This document shows, one piece after another, positions 29,653-39,365 of a stretch of DNA of 64,000 nt (position 1 is the stretch's first letter; every line of letters starts with the position of its first letter). Source of the stretch: an uncultured Pelagibacteraceae bacterium (GTDB taxonomy: Bacteria > Pseudomonadota > Alphaproteobacteria > Pelagibacterales > Pelagibacteraceae); contig CACIWQ010000003.1 in assembly GCA_902590395.1 (NCBI GenBank), positions 21,173 to 85,172 on the forward strand, in the 5' to 3' direction. The translations under genes were made by a program, and so were the position numbers. The notes beneath the pieces are model-generated. The model searched no databases, had not been told where the DNA came from, and saw only the letters and a list, made by a program, of their open reading frames with translations.

Positions 29653-30312
29653 TTAACTCGTTCTTAACAATTTAATATTTTTTTTTAAGTCCCCGCTATT
29701 TTCTTTAAAAATTGTAGTTCCAGAAACTAAAATGTCTACGCCAGCTTTAATAGCTTTATTGGCATTTTGAAAATTTATACCGCCATCAATTTCAATTTTA
29801 ACTGGTAGTTTTTTTTCACTTATCTCTTTTTTTAATATACGCACTTTTTCCAAAGTAGATTCAATAAACTTTTGCCCACCAAAACCTGGATGAACACTCA
29901 TTATTAAAACTAAATCGATTAAATTTAAAACAGGTTTTACATTCTCTATAGAAGTTTCTGGATTTAATGAGACTCCAGCTTTTTTATTATAAGATTTTAT
30001 TTCTTTTATTGAACTAACTAGATTATCAGTAGCCTCAGGGTGTATCGTTATAATGTCTGCACCAGCTTCAGCAAAATTTTTAATAAAATTATGTACAGGA
30101 GAAATCATTAAGTGCACATCAAATGGCAAAGACGTATATTTTCTTAATTTGCTTATTACTTCTGGTCCAATAGTAATATTAGGAACAAAATGTCCGTCCA
30201 TTACATCTATATGTATCAAGTCGGCTCCTGCCTTTTCTAGGTCTTTAATTTCATTACCCAACTTACTAAAATCAGCTGATAATATTGATGGTGAAATTTT
30301 AATAGAGTTCAT
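29653..30312 (-). CDS. rpe: ribulose-phosphate 3-epimerase
   Basis: ISPSILSADF, HIDVMDGHFVPN, MSVHPGFGGQKF. Confidence 0.96.
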   Translation of the reverse strand: MNSIKISPSILSADFSKLGNEIKDLEKAGADLIHIDVMDGHFVPNITIGPEVISKLRKYTSLPFDVHLMISPVHNFIKNFAEAGADIITIHPEATDNLVSSIKEIKSYNKKAGVSLNPETSIENVKPVLNLIDLVLIMSVHPGFGGQKFIESTLEKVRILKKEISEKKLPVKIEIDGGINFQNANKAIKAGVDILVSGTTIFKENSGDLKKNIKLLRTS

Positions 30313-30346
30313 AAGAAAATTTATATTTTTATATTTGAATTATGTC

Positions 30347-30380
30347 AAAAAAAAAGAAGGGCGAGAATTCCCGCCCTTCT
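30347..30380 (-). terminator. rho-independent terminator downstream of the SSS transporter gene
   Basis: On the minus strand: GAAGGGCG-(8 nt loop)-CGCCCTTC perfect 8-bp GC-rich stem followed by a 9-T run (plus-strand A-run 30347-30355). Confidence 0.85.
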
Positions 30381-30407
30381 TGAATATTTTGAGTATAAGT
30401 TTCTACT

Positions 30408-32351
30408 TTATGCTCTTGATGAGTCTCCAATATCATCTACTAGAGCACTCACTGATTTCCTAGGAAGTGTAGACATTTCCATTTTATAAGCTAAGAACCA
30501 CATCATTCCAGTACCTAGTAACCAGAATAATATTTGCCAAGCCCAAATTGATGGAATTCCAAAAGTCCATGTGCTGATATCATTTGGAGAACCAAAGATA
30601 TCATTTCCTATAACAGCTCCTGGTCCAATTCCGAAGAATAACCAAGCAATTGTTATAATCCAAGCTGCAGGCTTAAGACTTTGCTTGCTAGCTGGAAGAG
30701 CAGCATGATCTGCTAAGAAGTCATGGTATTTTTGTCTATGAGCACGATCTCTTGAGTTTTGCGTTATTGCAGAAACTGGTAAACATACCAATAACTGGAA
30801 GAACATTCCCCAGAATGCAGAGTGCATCGTCCAAGGCCATCTTCCCCAAGGTATAGAATCGCCAAATAAGTTTTGACCAATACTTTCAGTCATCATTACG
30901 GCAATAATTCCTGCTAATAGTCCCCAAGATACTCCTTCTCTTGTCAACCATGGGAAATAACAAACCGCAGCTAATGGTACCCACATTTGGAAACCAAACG
31001 CTACTGCTAATCCACCAAGTAGTACTAATGCATCTGTTGAGAATGTTGCAACTAATAAAGCTGCGCCAACTACAATTACCACGCAAACACGACCAAACAT
31101 TTTTTGTTCTGCGTGTGACATCTTCGGTCTGAAGAATTTTTTGTAGATATCTCTAGTTAACATTGAAGCACAAGTTGACATGTACGCTGCACCTGTAGAC
31201 TGCATAGCAGCTAGTGCACATACCGCAAGAAGACCAACGAACCAAGGAGCTCCGTCTCCAATCGTATTGATGAAATATGGAACAAGATTTCCTTGACCAC
31301 CTTTACCAATCGATTCTGGAAGCACATTTGATATATTTACTCCTGCTGCATTCACAACTGGATCAGCGCCTAAAACGTGCGCTCCCATTCCTTGAGCTGC
31401 AGTAAATATGAATAGAGCAAAGCCTATTCCAAATGATGAAGCCCAAACTTGTTGTGGTGCAAATGGTTCTGGATCTTTGTTTGAAAAAGCCCACATTGAG
31501 AATGCTGGCGAAGAATGAATGCCCATAAGAGCAAACATATAAGTTAACACCATCACTCCTGTCCACAATCCACCAACTGGAGTTTCTTTTCCTAAACCAG
31601 CAGTAAACTGTATGACACCGGGAATCGCAAAGTAAGCTGAGTAGTTATCACCTGGAGTTCGCCCCCACTTAGTGCCTTCCACTAGAGCAACTTTTGCTAA
31701 ATTCTCGTTTAATGAAGCCCAACCTCCAACGAGATCGTATGCAATAAAACCTATTGCAATAATTCCAAACCATAGTAGTACACATTGCAACGTATCTACA
31801 TAGGCCACGGATCTTAATCCGCCTAATCCTACGTAAAGGGCCACGATAGCAGCTAGTACCCATGTACCAGTTGTAACACCCCATAACCCATCCGACAAAA
31901 CGTTAAATAGTTTTCCAGATGCTGCAAGTTGTAAACCTAAGTAAGGAACTGAGAAACAAAGAGCTACGACAACAACTAAAATACGTATCATATCACCTTT
32001 AAAGTAATCGGATAGCATTTCACCTGGTGTTACGTAACCAAAACGTTTTCCAAGTATCCATTGTCTTTTTAAGAACATTACGCCCGTAAAAGGAATCGTA
32101 ATGACATAGAAAGACGCATATGCGTACTGAAAACCGTCTCTATAAATTAATCCTGGGTGACCCATAAAGGTCCAACCAGAAAATGATGTAGCTGTGGCGG
32201 CCAGAACGAATACCCACATCGGAAGTTTTCTTCCAGATATAAAGTAGTCAGATGCTGTTTTCGCCATCTGTGCACCCCTTACTCCCCAGAATATACAATA
32301 AGCCCAGTAGAGTAGTACGAACACAATCAGCCACGTTACTTTTGCTGACAT
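30408..32351 (-). CDS. sodium:solute symporter family transporter (ActP-like, 647 aa)
   Basis: About 13-14 TM segments. The N-terminal block YFISGRKLPMWVFVLAATATSFSGWTFMGHPG is typical of SSS. Visibly higher GC than its neighbours. SD GGGGGA 7 nt upstream of the ATG. Confidence 0.85.
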   Translation of the reverse strand: MSAKVTWLIVFVLLYWAYCIFWGVRGAQMAKTASDYFISGRKLPMWVFVLAATATSFSGWTFMGHPGLIYRDGFQYAYASFYVITIPFTGVMFLKRQWILGKRFGYVTPGEMLSDYFKGDMIRILVVVVALCFSVPYLGLQLAASGKLFNVLSDGLWGVTTGTWVLAAIVALYVGLGGLRSVAYVDTLQCVLLWFGIIAIGFIAYDLVGGWASLNENLAKVALVEGTKWGRTPGDNYSAYFAIPGVIQFTAGLGKETPVGGLWTGVMVLTYMFALMGIHSSPAFSMWAFSNKDPEPFAPQQVWASSFGIGFALFIFTAAQGMGAHVLGADPVVNAAGVNISNVLPESIGKGGQGNLVPYFINTIGDGAPWFVGLLAVCALAAMQSTGAAYMSTCASMLTRDIYKKFFRPKMSHAEQKMFGRVCVVIVVGAALLVATFSTDALVLLGGLAVAFGFQMWVPLAAVCYFPWLTREGVSWGLLAGIIAVMMTESIGQNLFGDSIPWGRWPWTMHSAFWGMFFQLLVCLPVSAITQNSRDRAHRQKYHDFLADHAALPASKQSLKPAAWIITIAWLFFGIGPGAVIGNDIFGSPNDISTWTFGIPSIWAWQILFWLLGTGMMWFLAYKMEMSTLPRKSVSALVDDIGDSSRA

Positions 32352-32398
32352 AAAGGTTTCCCCCTTTTATTTTTTTAACTTGTTTTATAAAACACAAA

Positions 32399-32424
32399 AT
32401 GCTCAGAACAATAGTTCCAAGCAT
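32399..32424. promoter_or_regulatory. imperfect inverted repeat in the 5' leader/promoter of the SSS gene
   Basis: ATGCTcaGAAC-aata-GTTCcaAGCAT (9 of 11 arm positions complementary), about 50 nt upstream of the ATG at 32351. Confidence 0.25.
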
Positions 32425-32547
32425 CAATGGGGAAAGTTCAGCATAATTAACTGCCCAAAGCAACACTTTAATAGCTCAAAATAGATGCAACTATTGATTG
32501 AAATTATTGTTATTTGGGTGTTATTTTAAGTATATAACTAGGTATAT

Positions 32548-32787
32548 ATGAATTTTACATCTTTCTACATAGCATTCCACGATCCAATTTGGGTAATTGT
32601 TTTAAGTACAGCTTTATTTTTTCCTGTAAGGCAATTGATTTGGGTTTTGTATGTCAGAAAAAAACAAAAAACTCAGCAGTCAGTTTCGGATGATGAAAAG
32701 AAGAATTTAAAAAAAAGGGCAACATTTACTTCAATACTTTTGTGTATTGTTTTTAGCTATCTATATGTAACGCAGGTATTTAATTAA
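32548..32787 (+). CDS. small membrane protein (79 aa, 2 TM), unknown function
   Basis: Two hydrophobic helices flank a K/Q/E-rich loop. Its stop overlaps the start of the next gene. Confidence 0.55.
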   Translation: MNFTSFYIAFHDPIWVIVLSTALFFPVRQLIWVLYVRKKQKTQQSVSDDEKKNLKKRATFTSILLCIVFSYLYVTQVFN

Positions 32788-33413
32788 TGAATGTTAATGC
32801 AAAAGTACTAAAGAGATTTGTTATATACATGGCAATACTAACATTCGTCATGTTTACAGTTTGGGGATTTGTAAGATCTTTTATGGATAGACCAGCTGGA
32901 GATTATGAAACAGAAGTTTGTGATATTCGTTTAAAAGATAAAAAATATGGAGAAGCTTTAGAATCGGCTAATGAGGCTTTAAACAAAACACCTAATCATC
33001 GTGGAGCCATGATGTGTAAGTCATTAGTATTTATTTCGGAAAAAAAATATATCGAAGCAGATAAGGTTTTAAGCGATCTTATAATTTTTTTAGAAAAAAA
33101 TCTTGAAAATGATGATAAAACAGGAATAGGAACTTTAGCTGCTGCGTATGCAAACCGCGGCATTATTAAGGATCGAAATAAAAAATATGAAGAAGCACTA
33201 AAAGACTATGTAAAAGCTTTAGGAATCGACCATGAAGCAGTTGCTGGTCCTGGTCTTGGAACTATTATACTTAATTATAAATTTAAAGCATCATCTGTAA
33301 AAGAAAGAGCTCTATATCTTAATGAACAACTTCAACTTCCAGCAGATGAAAGAGTTTTAAGTATAAAGGAATTAGATGAAGGTCAGGTTATGCATAAGCC
33401 TGGAAAACTTTAA
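32787..33413 (+). CDS. membrane-anchored TPR-repeat protein
   Basis: N-terminal TM (FVIYMAILTFVMFTVWGF) followed by TPR-like units (YGEALESANEALNKTPNH, YEEALKDYVKALGID). Confidence 0.65.
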   Translation: MNVNAKVLKRFVIYMAILTFVMFTVWGFVRSFMDRPAGDYETEVCDIRLKDKKYGEALESANEALNKTPNHRGAMMCKSLVFISEKKYIEADKVLSDLIIFLEKNLENDDKTGIGTLAAAYANRGIIKDRNKKYEEALKDYVKALGIDHEAVAGPGLGTIILNYKFKASSVKERALYLNEQLQLPADERVLSIKELDEGQVMHKPGKL

Positions 33414-33613
33414 AAGCTTATAAGTCCCAACACGTCTTTGAAAAGCACCAAAAAAAAATAAGTGGCAGCGATACATCCAAACAGTAGTCTTACAAAATCT
33501 CTCTCACCATCATCTTTTTTATAGGTGATTCCATGTTTTGCAATTAAAAAAGTAACCACTAAAAAAATAAGGTTTACTAATTTTTCGTATTCAGGTGGTA
33601 TAAAATCAAACAT
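33410..33613 (-). CDS. small membrane protein (67 aa, 2 TM), unknown function
   Basis: Two TM helices. Its start overlaps the stop of the upstream 168-aa ORF. Confidence 0.5.
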   Translation of the reverse strand: MFDFIPPEYEKLVNLIFLVVTFLIAKHGITYKKDDGERDFVRLLFGCIAATYFFLVLFKDVLGLISF

Positions 33614-34119
33614 TATTTATCGTTAACTGGATCTAGTTTATATAATTCTGGGTAAACCACTTTTTTTTCTACGTATGGAGGATAAAAACCTGCTGACTTT
33701 TCAATATCAACATAATTTATTGCCATATAGTGACTGCCTATAAATGCGATTCCAATAATAATTGCATAAAAGATTCCGCGTTTTTTTCTATGTTTGTCGC
33801 TAGGAATATAATCTCCAAATTCATGATCATAGACGTGATATTTTTCGTTAAAAGAATCAAGCACACCTGCTTTGTTTAGTTTTAAAATATCTTGAGCATA
33901 ATAAGTTACCCAAATAGGTATTATTCCAGTAATCATATATTCACTAAATATTTTATTTATTTTTTCTTCTGGCAAGTCTTCCTTATACCAAGTCTTGTAA
34001 GCTAATTGTATTAACTGAAATTCCCCTATTTGAAGTAAATTTGCGGCGTGAAGTATTTCAGATCTTTTTGGATTATCGTCCCAATCCGGTTTAATTAAGG
34101 TTTTAACTAAACCATTCAC
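33613..34119 (-). CDS. hypothetical protein (168 aa, one TM near the C-terminus), coupled to acs
   Basis: Its ATG overlaps the acs stop by 1 nt. TM segment GIFYAIIIGIAFIGSHYMAI. I recognise no family. Confidence 0.6.
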   Translation of the reverse strand: MNGLVKTLIKPDWDDNPKRSEILHAANLLQIGEFQLIQLAYKTWYKEDLPEEKINKIFSEYMITGIIPIWVTYYAQDILKLNKAGVLDSFNEKYHVYDHEFGDYIPSDKHRKKRGIFYAIIIGIAFIGSHYMAINYVDIEKSAGFYPPYVEKKVVYPELYKLDPVNDK

Positions 34120-36152
34120 TATTTGTTTTTCCTATTATCAACTAAACTTTCAACCACACTTGGATCAGCTAGAGTAGTTGTATCACCTAATTGATCATGT
34201 TCATTTGCTGCAATTTTTCTGAGAATTCTTCTCATAATTTTACCAGATCTCGTTTTAGGTAAACCAGGAGCAAATTGTATTAAATCTGGTGTTGCAATAG
34301 GACCAATTTGTTTTCTAACCCAAAGCTTTAAATCTCTTTCTAGCTCTCCAGAAGTTTTTTCACCAGCATTTAAAGTCACATAACAATATAATCCGTTTCC
34401 TTTAATATCGTGCGGATATCCCACTACTGCTGCTTCAGCTACTTTTGGATGTGCAACAAAAGCACTTTCTAATTCAGCAGTTCCAAGATTATGACCTGAC
34501 ACTATTATAACATCATCTACTCTTCCAGTTATCCAATAATATCCATCTTCATCTCTTCTACATCCATCACCTGTAAAGTATTTTCCATCAAACTGTGAAA
34601 AATATGTATCAATAAATCTTTGATGGTCACCAAATACAGTTCTCATTTGTCCAGGCCAGGACTGTGCTATACATAATCTGCCTCTACATGCTCCTTTTAA
34701 AACTTTTCCCTTTTCATCAACAATTACCGGTTTAATACCATAAAATGGTTTTGTAGCTGAACCAGGCTTAAGATCCATTGCACCCGGTTGTGGTGAGATT
34801 AATATACCTCCCGTTTCTGTTTGCCACCAAGTATCCACAATAGGGCATCTTGAATCTCCAATGACCTTATAATACCAAAGCCAAGCTTCTGGATTAATAG
34901 GCTCACCTACAGTACCTAAAAGTTTTAAAGATTTTCTACTAGTTTTTTTCACAGGTCCCGCACCCTCTCTCATTAAAGCTCTCAAGGCTGTTGGAGCTGT
35001 ATAAAAAATATTAACTTTATATTTGTCAACAATTTGCCACCATCTTGAAGTGTCAGGATAATTCGGAACTCCCTCAAACATTATTGTGGTTGCTCCATTT
35101 GAAAGTGGACCGTATATAATATAACTGTGACCAGTAACCCATCCAATGTCTGCTGAACACCAATAAATATCATTTTTTTTGTAATTAAAAATGTATTGAT
35201 GAGTCATGGACGCGTATACCATATATCCACCAGTGGTATGTAAAACTCCTTTAGGTTTACCTGTTGATCCTGATGTGTAGAGAATAAACAAAGGATCTTC
35301 CGCGTTCATTTCTTCGGGTTCACATTTATCTGAAACTTTTTTAATCAACTCTTCATAAGAAACATCTCTATCATTTACCCAATTTACATCATTTCCTGTT
35401 CTTTTAACTACAATGCATTTTTTTACATTAGGGCATTGTAGTAGTGCTTCATCAGTTATTTTTTTAAGAGGTATAATTTTTCCACCCCTAACACCCTCAT
35501 CAGCAGTTACAATATAATCAGATTTGCAGTCATTGATTCTTCCAGCTATTGAATCCGGAGAAAAACCACCAAATATTATTGAATGAATAGCACCGATTCT
35601 AGCACAAGCTAACATGATGTATGCTAACTCTGGTATCATGGTTAAATAAATTGTAACTCTATCTCCCTTCTTTACGCCCAGTTCTTTTAGCGCGTTAGCT
35701 GATTTACAAACATTTTTATGTAGTTCTTTATAACTAATTTGTTTGGAATCTTTGGGATCGTCACCAACCCAAATAATTGCAGTTTTATTTTTTTTATCTT
35801 TTAAATGTCTATCAACGCAGTTTATTGAAGCATTAAGTGTACCATCATAAAACCACTTAATTTTTACATCAGTACTGCTATATTTTACGTCTTTTATTTT
35901 TTTATATGGTTTAATCCAATCAATTCTCTTTCCTTCTTTTCTCCAAAAACCTTCATTATCTTTAATTGATAACTTGTATTTGGTCTCATATTGTTTTTTA
36001 TCAACGTAAGCATTTTTTGACCATTTTTTTGGAACTTTAAAGATTAATTCTTTAGAAGTTAAAACTTTAGTTTTTTTAATTTTTTTTAACTTTCTCTTTT
36101 TTTTAATTCTTTTTTTTTTCGATTTTTTTCTTTTCTTTTTTCTCTTTGCCAT
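34119..36152 (-). CDS. acs: acetyl-CoA synthetase with a lysine-rich N-terminal extension
   Basis: [15 protein letters not shown]-binding motif, WWQTETGG, C-terminal [18 protein letters not shown]. The first ~32 aa are [29 protein letters not shown]. Confidence 0.95.
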   Translation of the reverse strand: MAKRKKKRKKSKKKRIKKKRKLKKIKKTKVLTSKELIFKVPKKWSKNAYVDKKQYETKYKLSIKDNEGFWRKEGKRIDWIKPYKKIKDVKYSSTDVKIKWFYDGTLNASINCVDRHLKDKKNKTAIIWVGDDPKDSKQISYKELHKNVCKSANALKELGVKKGDRVTIYLTMIPELAYIMLACARIGAIHSIIFGGFSPDSIAGRINDCKSDYIVTADEGVRGGKIIPLKKITDEALLQCPNVKKCIVVKRTGNDVNWVNDRDVSYEELIKKVSDKCEPEEMNAEDPLFILYTSGSTGKPKGVLHTTGGYMVYASMTHQYIFNYKKNDIYWCSADIGWVTGHSYIIYGPLSNGATTIMFEGVPNYPDTSRWWQIVDKYKVNIFYTAPTALRALMREGAGPVKKTSRKSLKLLGTVGEPINPEAWLWYYKVIGDSRCPIVDTWWQTETGGILISPQPGAMDLKPGSATKPFYGIKPVIVDEKGKVLKGACRGRLCIAQSWPGQMRTVFGDHQRFIDTYFSQFDGKYFTGDGCRRDEDGYYWITGRVDDVIIVSGHNLGTAELESAFVAHPKVAEAAVVGYPHDIKGNGLYCYVTLNAGEKTSGELERDLKLWVRKQIGPIATPDLIQFAPGLPKTRSGKIMRRILRKIAANEHDQLGDTTTLADPSVVESLVDNRKNK

Positions 36153-36169
36153 AGAATTATCCCTGAGTT

Positions 36170-36589
36170 TTAAACTTTACCCATCTTGCATATTTTTTTC
36201 CAGTATTTTAGATCAACTTTCATTACTGATAATCTGCTCTGTTTTACTAAGGAAAACTCTTTAAAATCCTTATTTTTTTTGATTTCTTCTAGGCTGACTT
36301 CTCTTTTTAGGGGATATAATGCTCTTACTGTAACGGCAACAAATTTGCGACTTTTGTCTGTTTTATCTAAAAAATGATCCTTAATAACTTGCGCGATACC
36401 TATAATTTTTTTTTCTTTACCCGTATGATAAAAAAAACACATGTCATCTATTTTCATATTCTTCAAATTTTTTGAAGCCTGGTAATTTCTAACACCTCCC
36501 CATTCCGCACCTTTTTTTCCACATTTTAATTGCTGCTCCCAAGACCATTCCTCAGGTTCAGTTTTGATTAGCCAATAGGATTTTGTCAT
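36170..36589 (-). CDS. EVE (PUA-like) domain protein
   Basis: [13 protein letters not shown] start and [24 protein letters not shown] are typical of EVE/DUF55. TAATG overlap with the tsaD stop. Confidence 0.8.
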   Translation of the reverse strand: MTKSYWLIKTEPEEWSWEQQLKCGKKGAEWGGVRNYQASKNLKNMKIDDMCFFYHTGKEKKIIGIAQVIKDHFLDKTDKSRKFVAVTVRALYPLKREVSLEEIKKNKDFKEFSLVKQSRLSVMKVDLKYWKKICKMGKV

Positions 36590-37662
36590 TAAATTTTTAA
36601 TCCTGGTCCCTTTAAGAAAGGCGCTGAACTATCTAATGGCCATCTAGCTTTTGATGGAAACTCTAAATTATCAATTAAGTTCAATTTATATCTTTCAATG
36701 CCAGCCCAAGCTATCATAGCTGCATTATCACTACAAAGATTTACTGGAGGAAAAATAGAAGTAAATTTTTTTTCATTTGATAATTTAGTTAAGTTTTCTC
36801 GAATTTTTAAATTGGCTGCCACACCTCCAGCTATTACAAAAGTTTTCTCAATATTTTTTTTATCTTTTAAAAATTCTTTCATTGCTACTTTGGTTTTTTC
36901 ATACAGGATTTCATTAATAGTTTTTTGAAAAGATGCTGCTAAATGGTATTTTTCCTTTTGATTTTTTAATTTTTTAGAAGTTCTAAGAACTGCAGTTTTT
37001 AAACCAGCAAAAGATAAGTTGCAGCCACCTTTTTTAAGTATTGGTTTAGGTAATTCAAAATAATTTTCATTTCCCTTTTTTGCCCACTTTTCAATTTTAG
37101 GGCCGCCTGGAAATTCTATTCCTAAAAGTTTTGCAGTTTTATCAAACGCTTCACCCAAAGCATCATCAATTGTTGTGCCAAGTCTTTTATAATTATTGAC
37201 TCCTTTTACTTCTAAAAATTGAGTATGACCGCCTGATATTAGCAATAATAAATATGGAAATTTGATTTTATTATTAATTTTGGGGCTTAGAGCATGACCC
37301 TCTAAATGATTTACAGCTACAAAAGGCTTTTTTAAAGAACCAGCTATTGCTTTTCCCGCATTCAAGCCTACAGTTAAGCAAACTATTAAACCTGGACCTG
37401 CTGTTGCTGCTAATCCATTTATTTTATTTAGATTTAAATTACTTTCTTTAAGAGCTTTTTTAATTATAAATTCTATTTTTTCAACATGAGCTCTTGCTGC
37501 AATTTCAGGAACTACACCACCAAATTCTTTATGTTCTTCAATTTGACTAGAAACAACATTTGCTAAGATCTCTCCAGTTCCATCAGTTTTTTCTCTAACA
37601 ACTGATGCGGCAGTTTCGTCGCAACTTGTTTCTATTCCCAAAAAAGTAAGCTTTTCTCTCAT
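36589..37662 (-). CDS. tsaD: tRNA N6-adenosine threonylcarbamoyltransferase TsaD
   Basis: LGIETSCDETAASVV, NHLEGH, LLISGGHT, GGVAAN. Confidence 0.95.
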   Translation of the reverse strand: MREKLTFLGIETSCDETAASVVREKTDGTGEILANVVSSQIEEHKEFGGVVPEIAARAHVEKIEFIIKKALKESNLNLNKINGLAATAGPGLIVCLTVGLNAGKAIAGSLKKPFVAVNHLEGHALSPKINNKIKFPYLLLLISGGHTQFLEVKGVNNYKRLGTTIDDALGEAFDKTAKLLGIEFPGGPKIEKWAKKGNENYFELPKPILKKGGCNLSFAGLKTAVLRTSKKLKNQKEKYHLAASFQKTINEILYEKTKVAMKEFLKDKKNIEKTFVIAGGVAANLKIRENLTKLSNEKKFTSIFPPVNLCSDNAAMIAWAGIERYKLNLIDNLEFPSKARWPLDSSAPFLKGPGLKI

Positions 37663-37721
37663 GTTGATTAACTGTCTATAAATATAAAATAATAATATAA
37701 CATATGTAATTATTATTAATA

Positions 37722-38657
37722 ATGACAGACAAGAAAAAGTTTATAATTGGGTCCCGTGGAAGCAAGCTTTCCTTAGCCTACTCAAGCTATGTTAAGAATT
37801 TATTAGTAAAATCAAACCCTGAATTTAATGATAGCTCAATTGACATAAAAATAATAAAAACTTCAGGAGATATATTTCAAAATAAAAAAATATCTGAAAT
37901 TGGCGGCAAAGGAGTATTTTGTAAACAAATAGAAGAGGAGCTATTAGAGTCAAAAATAGATTTAGCTATTCATTCATTAAAAGATCTACCCACACAAATG
38001 ACCGACGGATTATGTGTTAACGCAGTAGTAAAAAGAAATGATCCGAGAGATGCATTTTTATGCTGTTCAAATAAATCTTTTAAAGAACTTAAACCTAAAT
38101 CAAAAATTGGAACTAGCTCATTCAGAAGATGTGCGCAACTAAATTTATTAAGAAACGATCTTGAAATTGTAGCGATGAGAGGAAATATTGATACGCGAAT
38201 TACAAAGTTAAAAAATAAAGAATACGACGCCATAGTTTTATCTTTAGCAGGAATTCAAATGCTTAATTTGATAGATCAAGTTAAAGAAGTTTTTACTATC
38301 GAACAAATGTTGCCAGCTATAGGTCAAGGTGCAATTGCATTACAATGTAAAAAAGATGATCAAAAAACTTTAAATATTTTAAAACCAATCAATGACAAAG
38401 AAACATATTATTGCATTCAGGCAGAGCGAGCTTTACTTGAAGCGATAGGAGGAGATTGTGACACAGCGATTGGAGGTATAGCTAAATTATCAAACGGCAC
38501 AATATCTTTAAAAAGTGAACTTTTTTCAAATGACGGAAAGAAAAAATTTGAATTTCGAAGCTCAGGACACTTTAAAAATGCTAAAGAAATAGGTTATAGA
38601 GTTGGTAATGAGTTATTAAAAAAAGCTGGTCCAAATTTTACAACACAAGGAATTTAA
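37722..38657 (+). CDS. hemC: hydroxymethylbilane synthase (porphobilinogen deaminase)
   Basis: IGSRGSKLSLAYS, HSLKDLPT, RGNIDTRI, cofactor Cys in GGDCDTAIGG. Confidence 0.93.
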   Translation: MTDKKKFIIGSRGSKLSLAYSSYVKNLLVKSNPEFNDSSIDIKIIKTSGDIFQNKKISEIGGKGVFCKQIEEELLESKIDLAIHSLKDLPTQMTDGLCVNAVVKRNDPRDAFLCCSNKSFKELKPKSKIGTSSFRRCAQLNLLRNDLEIVAMRGNIDTRITKLKNKEYDAIVLSLAGIQMLNLIDQVKEVFTIEQMLPAIGQGAIALQCKKDDQKTLNILKPINDKETYYCIQAERALLEAIGGDCDTAIGGIAKLSNGTISLKSELFSNDGKKKFEFRSSGHFKNAKEIGYRVGNELLKKAGPNFTTQGI

Positions 38658-38660
38658 AAA

Positions 38661-39362
38661 GTGCATATCGTTATTACAAGGCCCAAAGAAGATTCATTAT
38701 ATCTTATTGAAAACTTAATAAAGTTAGGTCATATAGTGACTCATCTTCCAGTAATTAAAATTGAAAAAGTAGAAACAAAGAAAATAAATTTAAAAAATTA
38801 TCAAGCTATAATTTTCACAAGTTCTAATGCAATAAAATTTATGAATATAGAAAAATTTAATTCTAAAATTAAATGTTTTTGTGTAGGCAAAGCAACAGAG
38901 TATACAGCAAGGCAGATTGGTTTTATAAATACTTACACTTCTGAAGGTACAGTAGATTCTTTAATTGAATTAATTACAAGAAACTTGGACAGTAAATCTG
39001 GAAAATTACTTTATTTAAGCAGCGAGTTCATATCCAAAGACTTAGATAAAGATTTAATTAAAGTAGGGTATGTAGTAGATAGAATCTCAAATTATACTTC
39101 ACTTCCAATTAAGGAAATTGATAAAAAAACATTGGATTTTTTCGAGAAAAAACCTCCGGATGTTATTTTTATTTATTCTTCAAGAAGTGCTAAAAATTTA
39201 TTTAATCTAATAAATAAATATTCACTTTTAAACGTAGTGACTCAATCTAATCTAATGTGTATAAGCGAGAAGGTATTATCAGTATTAAAACAGATTAAAT
39301 GGAAAAAAGCATTTGTGTTTAGTCCTGGTGAAGAAGAGTTTTTATTAAACAAAATTAGGTAA
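38661..39362 (+). CDS. hemD: uroporphyrinogen-III synthase
   Basis: GTG start. IVITRPKEDS...L..LGH....LPVIKI pattern and IIFTSSNA; position directly after hemC. Confidence 0.7.
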   Translation: MHIVITRPKEDSLYLIENLIKLGHIVTHLPVIKIEKVETKKINLKNYQAIIFTSSNAIKFMNIEKFNSKIKCFCVGKATEYTARQIGFINTYTSEGTVDSLIELITRNLDSKSGKLLYLSSEFISKDLDKDLIKVGYVVDRISNYTSLPIKEIDKKTLDFFEKKPPDVIFIYSSRSAKNLFNLINKYSLLNVVTQSNLMCISEKVLSVLKQIKWKKAFVFSPGEEEFLLNKIR

Positions 39363-39365
39363 AAA

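Noticed and set aside
30053-30463. 136-aa ORF antisense to rpe that runs through the SSS terminator
   Set aside because: It overlaps rpe and crosses the terminator hairpin, so it is implausible as a gene.
30886-31884. Four ORFs of 63-71 aa (both strands) inside the SSS transporter gene
   Set aside because: They arise because the higher GC of this gene removes stop codons in alternative frames. The translations are Cys/Arg/Trp-rich nonsense.
32248-32466. 72-aa ORF starting in the SSS leader and reading into the SSS gene out of frame
   Set aside because: It reads straight through the SD and ATG of the real gene in another frame, and only the first ~30 codons are intergenic. I keep only the leader palindrome as an observation.
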